A stretch of DNA of 64,000 nt from Dehalococcoidia bacterium (GTDB lineage Bacteria; Chloroflexota; Dehalococcoidia; SZUA-161; SpSt-899). The position numbers and the translations under genes were made by a program. Numbering within the stretch: position 1 is the first letter of the stretch; each line of letters opens with the position of its first letter. Under the pieces are notes generated by a model. That model searched no databases and was not told the origin of the DNA. It saw only the letters and a program-made list of their open reading frames with translations. The stretch covers positions 837 through 64,836 of the forward strand of contig JBLYPS010000008.1 in NCBI GenBank assembly GCA_048539495.1. The letters run 5' to 3'. Below are positions 26,435 to 35,887 of this stretch, piece by piece.

Positions 26435-27811
26435 ATGAAAGTTAAAGAGTTACAACATATTGTCGGAGAGGGCTGGGTGATAACCGATGAGGAGCGGATG
26501 GCAGACTACCTGGTGGATGAAACTGCCGTGGAGGTAAGACCTCAGCCGGCAGGCGAACTGGTTCTGGTAAAGCCTGCCAGCTCACAGGAGGTAAGCAGCA
26601 TCTTGAAGCTGGCAAACAATGAGGGAATTCCCGTATTTCCCCGGGGTGGAGGAACCGGCTTGTGTGGTGGTGCGATTCCGACGGAGAACGGCATAATTCT
26701 GTCGTTGGAGAGGATGAAAGAGATTGCGGTGGATCAGGATAATCTGATGGCGATCGCCGAAGCTGGTGTGACGCTGAAAGAGCTGATCGAGAAGGTGGAG
26801 CAAGAGGGTTTGTTTTTCCCGCCGCATCCGGGGGACCAGAGTGCTCAGATAGGTGGTCTGGTTGCCTGCAATGCCGGTGGGTCGCGTGCGGTGAAATATG
26901 GGGTGATCAGGAACTACGTAAAGGGGATCGATGCCGTATTGGCTACCGGTGAGGTGCTAAGACTGGGAGGGAAATTGCTCAAGAATAATACTGGATATGA
27001 CTTAATGCATTTAATAATTGGCAGTGAGGGGACCTTGGCGGTAATAACCAGGGTGATTCTGCGGTTGTTTCCGCAATTGGGTGCCAGCGTCACAATGATC
27101 ATACCCTACGATAACCGCCACGATGCGATTAATACCGTTCCCAAGATACTGCAGAGTGGAGTTATACCGCTGGCTATCGAGTATATGGAACGCGGCCCGG
27201 TTGAGCTTTCAGCGGCGCACTTGAACATGGAATGGCCCTGTAAGACCGGGGTGGCCTACCTGATGATAATAGTGGAGGGTAGGAGCGAGGAGGAGGTATA
27301 CTCAGATTGTGAGAGGATCTCTGAGATCTGTGAGAGATACCACGGGCTTGAGGCGGTAGTGGGGAAGACGAGGAAGGAACAAGAGAGGGTCCTGAAGATA
27401 AGAAGCAATATGTACCTCGCTCTAAAGCACAAGATCGCAGATAGTCTGGATGCCGCGGTGCCCCCGGCGAGTATGGGAACATTCATGGACGACATAGACA
27501 AGATCGCGGCGCGTTTCGGCACGAGTATTCCCATGCACGGGCATGCCGGGGATGGCAATCTTCACCCACACCTGATGAAGGACCTACTAGAGAAAGGGGC
27601 CGAGAACCTTAAGGAAGTAAAGAGAAAGATATACCGGGAAGCGGTTAAACTGGGTGGAGTGATGACCGCAGAGCATGGGCTGGGGAGAATCAGACTCCCG
27701 GATCTCGATATCTTCCTCGGTCAAAAGGAGATGGAGTTAATGGCGGGCATCAAGAAGGTTTTCGATCGGAAAGGCATATTGAATCCGGGATGCGCCATAA
27801 AGATGGAATAA
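26435..27811 (+). CDS. FAD-binding oxidoreductase (glycolate oxidase GlcD / D-lactate dehydrogenase-like)
   Basis: FAD_binding_4-type N-terminus (VVKPASSQEVSSILKLANNEGIPVFPRGGGTG) and a C-terminal FAD-linked oxidase domain. Confidence 0.8.
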   Translation: MKVKELQHIVGEGWVITDEERMADYLVDETAVEVRPQPAGELVLVKPASSQEVSSILKLANNEGIPVFPRGGGTGLCGGAIPTENGIILSLERMKEIAVDQDNLMAIAEAGVTLKELIEKVEQEGLFFPPHPGDQSAQIGGLVACNAGGSRAVKYGVIRNYVKGIDAVLATGEVLRLGGKLLKNNTGYDLMHLIIGSEGTLAVITRVILRLFPQLGASVTMIIPYDNRHDAINTVPKILQSGVIPLAIEYMERGPVELSAAHLNMEWPCKTGVAYLMIIVEGRSEEEVYSDCERISEICERYHGLEAVVGKTRKEQERVLKIRSNMYLALKHKIADSLDAAVPPASMGTFMDDIDKIAARFGTSIPMHGHAGDGNLHPHLMKDLLEKGAENLKEVKRKIYREAVKLGGVMTAEHGLGRIRLPDLDIFLGQKEMELMAGIKKVFDRKGILNPGCAIKME

Positions 27812-28396
27812 ATCTGGACATTCATTGTGGCCGGCACCGGGATCCGTTGCCATGGAAATAGAGAATGGAAGTGGTGGTCGAGGGGGGAGTAATCCAGCTT
27901 TGAGCCAGCTTTGTTTGAGCGGATGTTCCAGCACGTATCTGTGAAAATCATCGAACCAGATACGAAATTGCCCTTTCAATCCTTACGAAATCCATCATGT
28001 AGTCATGTATTCCCGAATCTGGCGAGCCCCTCGAAATGGAACATCCGTTGTAGATGCATCCGCAGCGAGGCTCGACACCAGGCCTGAGTGATCGGCGTGG
28101 ATATGAGTAACAAAAAAATCTGCCTTTTTTGGATTCACATCGATTTCCTTCAGTCCAGAGGAGATTGCCCTCATACATTCGGGGCGATTCATTCCGGTAT
28201 CAATGATCAGCGCTTGCCCCCCAGCCTTTACTACGTAGGAATTGATAGCTTTCAGGGGACTATCGGGCAGAGGAACCTCGATCCGGTATAGGTTTGGCAA
28301 AATTTCGTCTACCATAGAACCCTCCTCGTCTATCGGCCAAGCCATGCCTTCACGGCATTGGGCAGATCTCGTGATAGTCCCCTCTCCAATCGACAC
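27737..28396 (-). pseudogene. MBL-fold metallo-hydrolase, apparently frameshifted
   Basis: The first ORF (28396-27995) carries the HIHADHSG motif but stops after 133 aa. Two overlapping downstream ORFs in other frames may continue the fold. It overlaps the 3' ends of both neighbouring genes. Confidence 0.45.
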
Positions 28397-31300
28397 GGTG
28401 GCAATGAATTCACGAACATCGGGCCATAGCTCCTCGTATTCAGCCGGCTATCGAGGACCACCATCACTCCCCGGTCGGTCTTCGACCGGATAAGCCGACC
28501 AAACCCTTGCTTGAATCTAAGGGCAGTCTGCGGCAGGGCGTATTCATTGAAGGGATCAGCAAAGGTCTCCGAGCGAGCGGCGAAGATGGGGTCGGTAGGA
28601 ACATTGAAGGGCAAGCGAACTATGACCAGGACGCTGAGTGCCTCCCCCACCACATCAACCCCCTCCCAGAAACTCGCCGCGCCCAGAAGCACCGTCCGGG
28701 GATTGCTCCTGAAAGTAGAAAGGAGCTGCCGCGGCGAGCCATTCACCCCCTGGCCCAAAACAAGGATGTCTTCCTCCTCCAGCGGAGCCTGGATGACGGT
28801 CTGGGTCGCCCGCAACGCCGCATGAGAGGTAAAAAGAACCAGACAGCGTCCTCCAGTAGCCCGACAGAGTGATACCAGTGCCCTTCCCAGGGCTGCTTGA
28901 TAGCCCGCCCTCCCCGGCTCGGGGATATCCGTGACCAGATAGATCAGCGCCGCGCTGCTATAATCGAAAGGCGATCCCAACAGAAGCTCCCGTAGGACGG
29001 GCATCTTGCCCGTCGCCTCTAAGCTAAGTCGTTCCTTGAGAAATTTGAAGTTGCCTTCCGTGCTCAAGGTAGCGCCGGTGAGGATGAGAGAATCCTTTTG
29101 GGAATAGAGGGAGTTTTGTAAGAGCGATCCCACGTGCAAAGGGGCGGAGCGTAAACATATCGTATTGGTCTTTCTGCCCAGAGTGAGCCAGTGGATAGTG
29201 TTCTCCCTGGGATGGAAAACCAACGAGCTTATCTGGTGCCGCAACTCCTCGTTCGTATTTAGCAGCGAGAGCACCTCAAGCTCCCAATAGTCGAGAGTCG
29301 AGAGTCGAGAGTCGAGAGTCGAGAGTCCCCCTCCCTGCCCCGGACTGCTGACTGCTGACTGCTGACTTATTACATGATGTATCTTCTCCAGTATCCGGGC
29401 AATATCCTCCAGTGACAGAAGCAGATTCTCACAGTTGATCTCGATGTCCGACCATGCTGGCTGAGCGCGAATCGCCATGGTGAGACGCAGGTGGAGATCG
29501 TATTCGCTCTGGGTTTCCGTATAGCCCTGAACAAGATCACGAAGATTATTGAAAAACTCCGAGACCCTACGGCGAACCCTGGATACTCCCAGGATCAGCG
29601 AATGGTTCAGTCGTTCGATATCCTCCTTTATTGATGGAGCCAGATCGCCGATGCGGACGAGGTTTTCCAATTGAGGAAGAAAACCAGATCGATTGCCATG
29701 CGTCTCGTAGATTATCTGATCAAGATGATCGAGAAAGTCCTGCTCCCGAAGCTCAGTGCCGAGTTGATCAGTAGCCACGCCCTCGAGGTGATGGGCCTCA
29801 TCAATGACCAGATGGTGATATTCGGGGAGTATCTCCGCACCAGTAGCCATCTCCGATAAGAGGAGGGCATGGTTAGTGACGATGAGATGCGCCCCTGCCG
29901 CTGCCTTACGGGCGCTGTGAAGGAAGCAGATTCCCCACTGTTCTCGGTTGTCAGTTGTCGGTTGACAGTTGACAGCCCCCCGACCCCCGACCCCTGATCC
30001 CTGATCTCTGATCCCTGAATAGGGACATCGCCGCCCGAGGCAATCGTATCCTTGAGCGCAGACCCGCGGCCAGAACGCAAGCTCCCTGCCATCAAGGTTG
30101 AGCTCGGAGCGATCGCCTGTCTGGGTCGTTGGAAGCCAGACCTGAATCCGAGCCAGAAGCTGGATCACCTCAAATGGCAGGCCGTCGGACTTGCGCAAAC
30201 TGTCCCAGCGCCGCAAGCAGAGATAGTTCGTTCGACCCTTCACCTGAGCCACCTTAAGTTTTGAGTATTGAGTATCGAGTTTAGAGGAGGGAGGGTGGCC
30301 TCCAAACTCAGAATTCAGAACTCTAAACTCCAACGCTGACCCGATCGCTTGAACCAGAGCAGGGATATCCTTGTGCACCAGTTGCTCTTGAAGATTGATA
30401 GTATTGGTGGAAATGACCACCGGCACATTGTTGCGGTAGGCGAAAAACGCCGCTGGCAAGAGATAAGCCATCGATTTGCCCGTGCCCGTGCCTGCTTCCA
30501 CAATCAAGTGCTGGCTACCGTTAAGCGCCTCAGCGGCTGCTCTCATCATCTTGACCTGTTCCGGGCGCTGCTCGTACTGGGGGAATGTCCGGGCCAGAGG
30601 CCCATCGCGCTCAAAGAAACCGGTAAGTTCCTCAATATCCAACAGGACCCTTTCTGCGCTCGGAGTCAACGGTTCATTTAGAGCACGATATCCAACTAGT
30701 TTTGAGTATTGAGTATCGAGTTTAGAGGAGGGGAGGTGGCCTCCAAACTCAGAACTCAGAACTCTAAACTCGAACCCTCTTTCCTCCCACACCTTTCGAA
30801 GTAAGCCGCTGAGCCACCAATCGGTATTAGCGCCTTCGGTGCTAACCTTGACCGCTCCGCGGTCAAGGTTTGTGGTCAGACGTACCAGCTCACCCAGGAC
30901 ACTGGCATCAAGTTCGTATAACCGGTTCAGCAGTACTAAGAAGGTCTCCTTGACCACCAGCGCATCGTTCAGTGCACGGTGAGTGGAGGGGTGAGGAATC
31001 CCGAGGTGCGAGGCCACCGCAGTTAGATTGAGCTGCGGGAGGTGCGGGAGCAGAAGCTTGGCCAGAGCGTAGGTATCGTAGGCGGAATTAGCAAAGTGTC
31101 GTAGCCTGATGCCCTTCTTCTCCAGAAAGCTCAGGTCGAAGGATATATTGTGTCCCACCACCGGGCATCCTTCCAAGAAGGCAATCAATCCCTCCGCTAA
31201 CGCTGAAAATGGTGGCGCGGCATCAACCTCCTCTTGCGAAATGGCGCAGAGCGATCTAATGAAGTATGGTATGGGCCGGTGGGGATTGACCAGGGACTGA

Positions 31301-31419
31301 AATACCTCTATCTCGTGGCCATCCCGAAACTTGACCGCGCCGATTTCAATAATCTCGTCGCTCTCCGGTCGGAGGCCAGTGGTCTCCAGGTCCAGGGCAA
31401 CGTAAATCTGATCCTTCAT
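28330..31419 (-). CDS. dinG: DinG-family ATP-dependent helicase with a fused N-terminal DnaQ-like 3'-5' exonuclease
   Basis: The N-terminal VALDLETTGLRPESDEIIEIGAV is Exo motif I. Walker A VEAGTGTGKS, a DEAH box (VIDEAHHL) and the helicase C-terminal domain follow. Carries at least four in-frame repeat insertions (29281-29352, 29950-30025, 30262-30345, 30700-30772). Confidence 0.85.
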   Translation of the reverse strand: MKDQIYVALDLETTGLRPESDEIIEIGAVKFRDGHEIEVFQSLVNPHRPIPYFIRSLCAISQEEVDAAPPFSALAEGLIAFLEGCPVVGHNISFDLSFLEKKGIRLRHFANSAYDTYALAKLLLPHLPQLNLTAVASHLGIPHPSTHRALNDALVVKETFLVLLNRLYELDASVLGELVRLTTNLDRGAVKVSTEGANTDWWLSGLLRKVWEERGFEFRVLSSEFGGHLPSSKLDTQYSKLVGYRALNEPLTPSAERVLLDIEELTGFFERDGPLARTFPQYEQRPEQVKMMRAAAEALNGSQHLIVEAGTGTGKSMAYLLPAAFFAYRNNVPVVISTNTINLQEQLVHKDIPALVQAIGSALEFRVLNSEFGGHPPSSKLDTQYSKLKVAQVKGRTNYLCLRRWDSLRKSDGLPFEVIQLLARIQVWLPTTQTGDRSELNLDGRELAFWPRVCAQGYDCLGRRCPYSGIRDQGSGVGGRGAVNCQPTTDNREQWGICFLHSARKAAAGAHLIVTNHALLLSEMATGAEILPEYHHLVIDEAHHLEGVATDQLGTELREQDFLDHLDQIIYETHGNRSGFLPQLENLVRIGDLAPSIKEDIERLNHSLILGVSRVRRRVSEFFNNLRDLVQGYTETQSEYDLHLRLTMAIRAQPAWSDIEINCENLLLSLEDIARILEKIHHVISQQSAVSSPGQGGGLSTLDSRLSTLDYWELEVLSLLNTNEELRHQISSLVFHPRENTIHWLTLGRKTNTICLRSAPLHVGSLLQNSLYSQKDSLILTGATLSTEGNFKFLKERLSLEATGKMPVLRELLLGSPFDYSSAALIYLVTDIPEPGRAGYQAALGRALVSLCRATGGRCLVLFTSHAALRATQTVIQAPLEEEDILVLGQGVNGSPRQLLSTFRSNPRTVLLGAASFWEGVDVVGEALSVLVIVRLPFNVPTDPIFAARSETFADPFNEYALPQTALRFKQGFGRLIRSKTDRGVMVVLDSRLNTRSYGPMFVNSLPPCRLERGLSRDLPNAVKAWLGR
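29281..29352. repeat. family A-type element with a variant right arm (gactgct units), in frame in dinG
   Basis: gtcgagagtcgagagtcgagagtcgagagtcgagagtccccctccctgccccggactgctgactgctgactgctgac. Confidence 0.8.
29950..30025. repeat. C-family composite heptamer element (cagttga units, C-rich core, tgatccc units), in frame in dinG
   Basis: ggttgtcagttgtcggttgacagttgacagccccccgacccccgacccctgatccctgatctctgatccctga. Confidence 0.8.
30262..30345. repeat. family B palindromic element (gagtat(t/c) units, GGAGGG core, aactcag units), copy 1 of a direct pair in dinG
   Basis: gttttgagtattgagtatcgagtttagaggagggagggtggcctccaaactcagaattcagaactctaaactcc. Confidence 0.85.
30700..30772. repeat. family B palindromic element, copy 2 (same orientation, about 440 bp downstream, in frame in dinG)
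   Basis: gttttgagtattgagtatcgagtttagaggaggggaggtggcctccaaactcagaactcagaactctaaactcg. Confidence 0.85.
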
Positions 31420-31598
31420 TTAACCCAGATAATGCATGATGTATCTAAATGACTGCAAAAAATGACACGAAAACGAAGCTACGTGCATAATTTGGGATTA
31501 AATCTCCTATCTTGTCAGCATCAGAGGATGCCTGCTCCTCTCTCCCTTGAAAACAGCAATTTCATGCGACATGGTACACCGCGACGCATGGGCAATTC

Positions 31599-32168
31599 CT
31601 AACATACCACCGGAGCAAGTTCAAATAGACCCCAACCTAAGTAGATCAGAAGCATGGTTCTCACCAGCCGCCCCGGCCAGCTGAAAAGGAGGAATTTCCA
31701 CAACGGGAATCTCAGCGCTCCGCAGACGATTCCCACCAGATCGAAGGGAAAGGGCATCATAGCAATGACAAATATGGCCACACTGCCGTAGCGTCTCATC
31801 CAGAGCTCTATTTTCCCGTAGTCTCTCCGATGTTTCTCGGTGATCACTGCCCTTCCCCAGTACCCTGCGAGGTATCCGGTGGTCTCACCCAGCGTCGCTC
31901 CGGTGGTTGCCACCATCCCCAGCCAGAATAAACCCCATCCCGAAAGTCCCATAATACCCGGCGCTGCGACCAGGATCGCCCAGCCGGGAAGGGGAACAAG
32001 GATGGTCATGCTGCTGACGAGCATCAAGATGAAGATGCCCAGGAAACCGTAGGCACGGACTAGCCCCTCCCAGTCGATATCGAGCTGGTAAACGATAAAC
32101 CCCAGGGCAAGAATACAGAGTATGCCCAGCACCAGCAGAAGTTTTTTGTTCCACGATTCACGATTCAT
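31599..32168 (-). CDS. VTT-domain (TVP38/TMEM64 / DedA-like) membrane protein
   Basis: 189 aa, multi-TM, with the characteristic ...RYGSVAIFVIAMMPFPFDLVGIVCGALRFPLWKFL... segment. Confidence 0.65.
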   Translation of the reverse strand: MNRESWNKKLLLVLGILCILALGFIVYQLDIDWEGLVRAYGFLGIFILMLVSSMTILVPLPGWAILVAAPGIMGLSGWGLFWLGMVATTGATLGETTGYLAGYWGRAVITEKHRRDYGKIELWMRRYGSVAIFVIAMMPFPFDLVGIVCGALRFPLWKFLLFSWPGRLVRTMLLIYLGWGLFELAPVVC

Positions 32169-32199
32169 GATTCCTGAATTCCTGAGGGTAGGGGCGAAT

Positions 32200-33225
32200 T
32201 TATTCGCCCTGTCGGGAGGCTGAAGCCTCCCCTACCAGTATGCCAGCAGTTGTACGCACCAGAAGAGCCTCCATACCCTCCCCATTTAATCGCCTCGCCA
32301 GTGCCTCTCCCTCTACTTCATCGGGCACCAGCGTGAAGAGCATTGGCCCCGCTCCGACGAGGTGAACGCTGCTAGCCCCGGCGGCGAGAAATCTCCTGCG
32401 ATACTCATCGATCTGGGGGAAGAAATCAAAGGCCACACCTTCAAAGGTATTACATAGCAGAGAGGATTGCAAGGGGCGACCACGGCGCAACTCGCTCACC
32501 AGCTTCCGTGTAGCAGCACCGGTTGTGAAATGTGACGAGTCCAACAGGGAATACATTACAGCAGTCTTGGAGGGAACGGGGTCGATCGCTGGCTTCAGCA
32601 GCACCAGCCAGGTTGCAGGCAGCGTGGGAAGAATGGTGATTTTCTCCCCGCGCCCTTCCGCCAGGGCTGTGCCGCCGTAAATGAAAAACGGGGCATCCGA
32701 ACCTATTCTCGCTGCCAGTTGGCTCAGATTCTCGCGAGATAGCTCAAGAGACCAGAGTTGATTTAGCCCCCTCAGTACCGCAGCCGGAATACTGGCACTT
32801 GAGCCGAGGCCGATCCCGCCGGGGATAGCCACGCTTTCCGCTCGAATCACCGCCCCCTTACGAGTCGAGAGTCGAGAGTCGAGAGTCGGGGAGGGGCGGG
32901 GGACTCCAGACTCCAGACTCCAGACTCCAGACTCCAGACTCAGCAGCCTCGCCGCCTTTAATACCATCTTTTCAAACGACGCCATTAGCGAGTGATTGGT
33001 GAATGGTGAACGGTGATTAGTCCCCATCCCCCAAGGCGAGTGATTGGTTTGACCGGTGCCAGGGTCGAGGCACTCAAATTTGATCTCCGTTGCCGGTTCG
33101 AAAGAGAGTACGTCCACGAGATTGATGGTCTGGAGAACGCTCGAGATCTCGTGATAGCCATCATCTCGTCTCCCCAGTACCTCAAGGGTCAAGTTCACCT
33201 TGGCATGGGCCGAAAGGGTTAACAT
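32200..33225 (-). CDS. ispE: 4-(cytidine 5'-diphospho)-2-C-methyl-D-erythritol kinase
   Basis: AHAKVNLTLEVLGRRDDGYHEI N-terminus and the GHMP kinase motif (IPGGIGLGSSAS). The annotated ORF's first 25 codons are encoded by repeat 33232-33310, so the Met at 33225 is the likelier start. An in-frame family A insertion at 32858-32945 gives ...LESGVWSLESGVPRPSPTLDSRL.... Confidence 0.85.
   Translation of the reverse strand: MLTLSAHAKVNLTLEVLGRRDDGYHEISSVLQTINLVDVLSFEPATEIKFECLDPGTGQTNHSPWGMGTNHRSPFTNHSLMASFEKMVLKAARLLSLESGVWSLESGVPRPSPTLDSRLSTRKGAVIRAESVAIPGGIGLGSSASIPAAVLRGLNQLWSLELSRENLSQLAARIGSDAPFFIYGGTALAEGRGEKITILPTLPATWLVLLKPAIDPVPSKTAVMYSLLDSSHFTTGAATRKLVSELRRGRPLQSSLLCNTFEGVAFDFFPQIDEYRRRFLAAGASSVHLVGAGPMLFTLVPDEVEGEALARRLNGEGMEALLVRTTAGILVGEASASRQGE
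32858..32945. repeat. family A palindromic element, in frame in ispE
   Basis: gagtcgagagtcgagagtcgagagtcggggaggggcgggggactccagactccagactccagactccagactccagactcagc. Confidence 0.85.
32988..33060. repeat. gtgattg-family element inside the ispE 5' region
   Basis: gagtgattggtgaatggtgaacggtgattagtccccatcccccaaggcgagtgattggtttgacc. Confidence 0.65.
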
Positions 33226-33231
33226 ACGTGA

Positions 33232-33310
33232 AAAGTTAGAGTTCTGAGTTTTGAGTTTAGAATCCATTCCCCTCCTCCCTCCTCGAAGCTCTATACTCAA
33301 AACTCAATAC
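33232..33310. repeat. family B palindromic element (reverse orientation) at the ispE / rsmA junction
   Basis: agttagagttctgagttttgagtttagaatccattcccctcctccctcctcgaagctctatactcaaaactcaatactg. Confidence 0.8.
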
Positions 33311-34189
33311 TGCCCATTCCTCCAGGCTAATCGTCTCGGCTCGTCTCTGGGGGGATATCCCTGATCTATTCAAAAGTGCCGCGGCGGCGGCGGGCGAAAT
33401 GGAAAAGCCGTGAGCCAGAGCATTGCGCAGTTGCTTCCGGGGGGCACTGAATCCAGCCCGCACCACTTGAAAGAATCCCTCGACCTCCGCCACCGGGCGA
33501 CAATAGACATCGATGCGCACGATCGCCGAGTCTACCTTGGGGACGGGATAAAAACTCTGCGCCGGAACGTAGTCCACTATCTCTGGCTTCCCGTAAATCT
33601 GCACCCCGATGCTCAGGATGCTCATCCTGCCCGGACTAGCCACGATGCTTTCGGCGACTTCCTTCTGCACCATCACCACCAGGCGGCGAGGCTTGAACGT
33701 TGTTTCCAGGAAATGACGGATGGTGGGGGAGGCAATATAGTACGGCAAATTGGCCACGAATTTGTAGTTGAAATCAGGGGACTGGACCGCAAAAAACTCG
33801 CCCGGCACGAATTGAAGAATATCGTTATTGAGAATGATGATGTTCGTCAGGTAGGAGAATCTCTCGGTCAGGATCGAGGCTATTCGGGGGTCGATCTCGA
33901 TTGCAACTACTCTCCTCGCTTTCCCGACCATCTCCTCAGTGAGCACACCCAGTCCCGGCCCCGCCTCCACCACCGTATCATCCGAAGTTAGCTCTGCAGC
34001 CTCGATTATCGTCCGCAGCGCTCCCTGATCGACAAGAAAATGCTGCCCCAGTCCCTTCCTGGCGTGAAGGCCAAAGCGTCTGAGCAGCTTTTTGGTCTGG
34101 AGGAGCAATGCATCAGGAGGAGATCCCCTTGAACCCCCCCTTTTGAAGGGATTTGATTCTTCGCGCAAGATAGTCGCTACCTCAGCCAT
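33257..34189 (-). CDS. rsmA: 16S rRNA (adenine1518-N6/adenine1519-N6)-dimethyltransferase
   Basis: [19 protein letters not shown]...[12 protein letters not shown] is the KsgA/RsmA AdoMet motif. The N-terminal tail overlaps repeat element 33232-33310. Confidence 0.85.
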   Translation of the reverse strand: MAEVATILREESNPFKRGGSRGSPPDALLLQTKKLLRRFGLHARKGLGQHFLVDQGALRTIIEAAELTSDDTVVEAGPGLGVLTEEMVGKARRVVAIEIDPRIASILTERFSYLTNIIILNNDILQFVPGEFFAVQSPDFNYKFVANLPYYIASPTIRHFLETTFKPRRLVVMVQKEVAESIVASPGRMSILSIGVQIYGKPEIVDYVPAQSFYPVPKVDSAIVRIDVYCRPVAEVEGFFQVVRAGFSAPRKQLRNALAHGFSISPAAAAALLNRSGISPQRRAETISLEEWAVLSFEYRASRREEGNGF

Positions 34190-35166
34190 GGCATCATCGC
34201 CCGAAGCTCTTTGCCCACTTGTTCGATCGGGTGGTCAGACTCATTCCTGCGGGAGGCGCTGAAGCTGGGGCAGCCCGCCTGATTCTCCAGAATCCACTCC
34301 CGGGCAAAGGTGCCGTTCCGGATCTCCTCCAGGATATTCCACATCTCGTCACGGACGTCATCATTGATTATCCGAGGCCCGCGGGTGTAGTCGCCATACT
34401 CGGCGGTATCGCTAACGGAGTCGCGCATGAAGCTGAATCCCCCGCGGTAGATCAGGTCCACGATAAGCTTGAGTTCATGGCAGACCTCAAAGTAGGCGAT
34501 CTCAGGTTGGTAGCCAGCCTCGACCAGGGTCTCGAAGGCGGTTTTCATCAGACTGGTAATGCCGCCACAGAGCACCACCTGCTCGCCGAACAGGTCGGTC
34601 TCGGTTTCCTCGGCAAAAGTGGTTTCCAGAATCCCCGCTCGAGCACAGCCAAGACCCTTGGCATAGGCCAGTGCTATCTCTTTGGCCTTGCCCGAAGCGT
34701 CTTGATGCACTGCTACCAGGGCGGGAGTCCCCAGATTCTCAGTGTAGAGTTGGCGCAACATGTTACCCGGGGTTTTGGGCGCAATCATGGTAACATCAAC
34801 CCTGGAGGGGGGAACTATCTGGTTGAAATGGATGTTGAATCCATGGGCAAACATGAGCATCTTCCCCGCTGTGAGATTCTTCTCGATGGACTCACGGTAA
34901 ATCCGGGGCTGGAGGCTATCAGGGACGAGCATGACGATAATATCCGCATTTCTGGATACCTCATCGGCGGTAGCCACCTTCAGTTTTGCCGACTGGGCGC
35001 TCTTCCAGGGCTCGCTGCCGGAAATCTCGCCAACCATAACCTGGCACCCGCTGTCTCTCAGGTTCTGGGCATGAGCATGCCCCTGGCTGCCGAAGCCGAT
35101 GATGCCGATGGTCTTACCCTTGAGTAAAGCAAGGTCTGCATCCTTCTCATAATAGATCTTTGCCAT
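34177..35166 (-). CDS. ilvC: ketol-acid reductoisomerase
   Basis: N-terminal [39 protein letters not shown], a Rossmann fold, and the KARI C-terminal domain. Confidence 0.9.
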   Translation of the reverse strand: MAKIYYEKDADLALLKGKTIGIIGFGSQGHAHAQNLRDSGCQVMVGEISGSEPWKSAQSAKLKVATADEVSRNADIIVMLVPDSLQPRIYRESIEKNLTAGKMLMFAHGFNIHFNQIVPPSRVDVTMIAPKTPGNMLRQLYTENLGTPALVAVHQDASGKAKEIALAYAKGLGCARAGILETTFAEETETDLFGEQVVLCGGITSLMKTAFETLVEAGYQPEIAYFEVCHELKLIVDLIYRGGFSFMRDSVSDTAEYGDYTRGPRIINDDVRDEMWNILEEIRNGTFAREWILENQAGCPSFSASRRNESDHPIEQVGKELRAMMPWLR

Positions 35167-35171
35167 TTTTC

Positions 35172-35250
35172 CTCCTTATTTAGCGTGTAGCGCATAGCGT
35201 GTAGGGAGTAGGGAGGCTACACACTACCTACTATCCGCTACACGCTGCCC
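35172..35250. repeat. intergenic palindromic element ('tagcgtgtagcgcatagcgtgtaggg...ctacacgct' family)
   Basis: ttagcgtgtagcgcatagcgtgtagggagtagggaggctacacactacctactatccgctacacgctg. Confidence 0.8.
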
Positions 35251-35781
35251 GTTTGATTTTCGTTGTTTGGATATCCCCTGCTTGAGAAGGGGTCCGATGG
35301 TTCCTCGTGTCATGGCAATACGCCCGGTGCGAGCCAGTTCAATTATACCAAATCCCCGAAGGAGCTCGATGAGTGAGCCTACCTTGTCGTCGTCGCCGGT
35401 GACCTCTATCACAATGGAATCGGAGGCGACGTCGAGTATGTTCGCCCGAAAGATATCGGTGATCTGCATGATCTCGCTCCGTGTAGACGGGCCGGATTCT
35501 ACCTTTATCAGCGCCAGTTCGCGAGCAACGAGGTTATCTTCGCTGATGTCGGTAACCTTGACCACCTCGATTAGCTTATCGAGCTGCTTTCTGACCTGCT
35601 CCACGGCGGTGGTGGCACCGTCAACGACGATGATCATTCTGGAGAGCCCCGGTGTCTCCGAGTGCCCTACGGCGAGACTCTCGATATTGAACCCCCGCCG
35701 GCGAAAGAGGCTGACTACTCGATTCAATACGCCCGGCCGATCTTCAACCAGGACAACTATGGTATGTTTTGTCGTGGCCAT
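35224..35781 (-). CDS. ilvN: acetolactate synthase small (regulatory) subunit
   Basis: The N-terminal ACT domain (HTIVVLVEDRPGVLNRVVSLFRRRGFNIESLAVG) and the C-terminal small-subunit domain. Confidence 0.85.
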   Translation of the reverse strand: MATTKHTIVVLVEDRPGVLNRVVSLFRRRGFNIESLAVGHSETPGLSRMIIVVDGATTAVEQVRKQLDKLIEVVKVTDISEDNLVARELALIKVESGPSTRSEIMQITDIFRANILDVASDSIVIEVTGDDDKVGSLIELLRGFGIIELARTGRIAMTRGTIGPLLKQGISKQRKSNGQRVADSR

Positions 35782-35797
35782 TTCTTACTACCCCCCA

Positions 35798-35875
35798 TTT
35801 AGCGTGTAGCGCATAGCGTGTAGGGGGTAGGGAGGCTACACGCTACCTACTACCCGCTACCCGATGGTGTGCTCT
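35798..35875. repeat. intergenic palindromic element, second copy of the 35172-35250 family
   Basis: ttagcgtgtagcgcatagcgtgtagggggtagggaggctacacgctacctactacccgctacccg. Confidence 0.8.
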
Positions 35876-35887
35876 GTGGCTTTCTCC

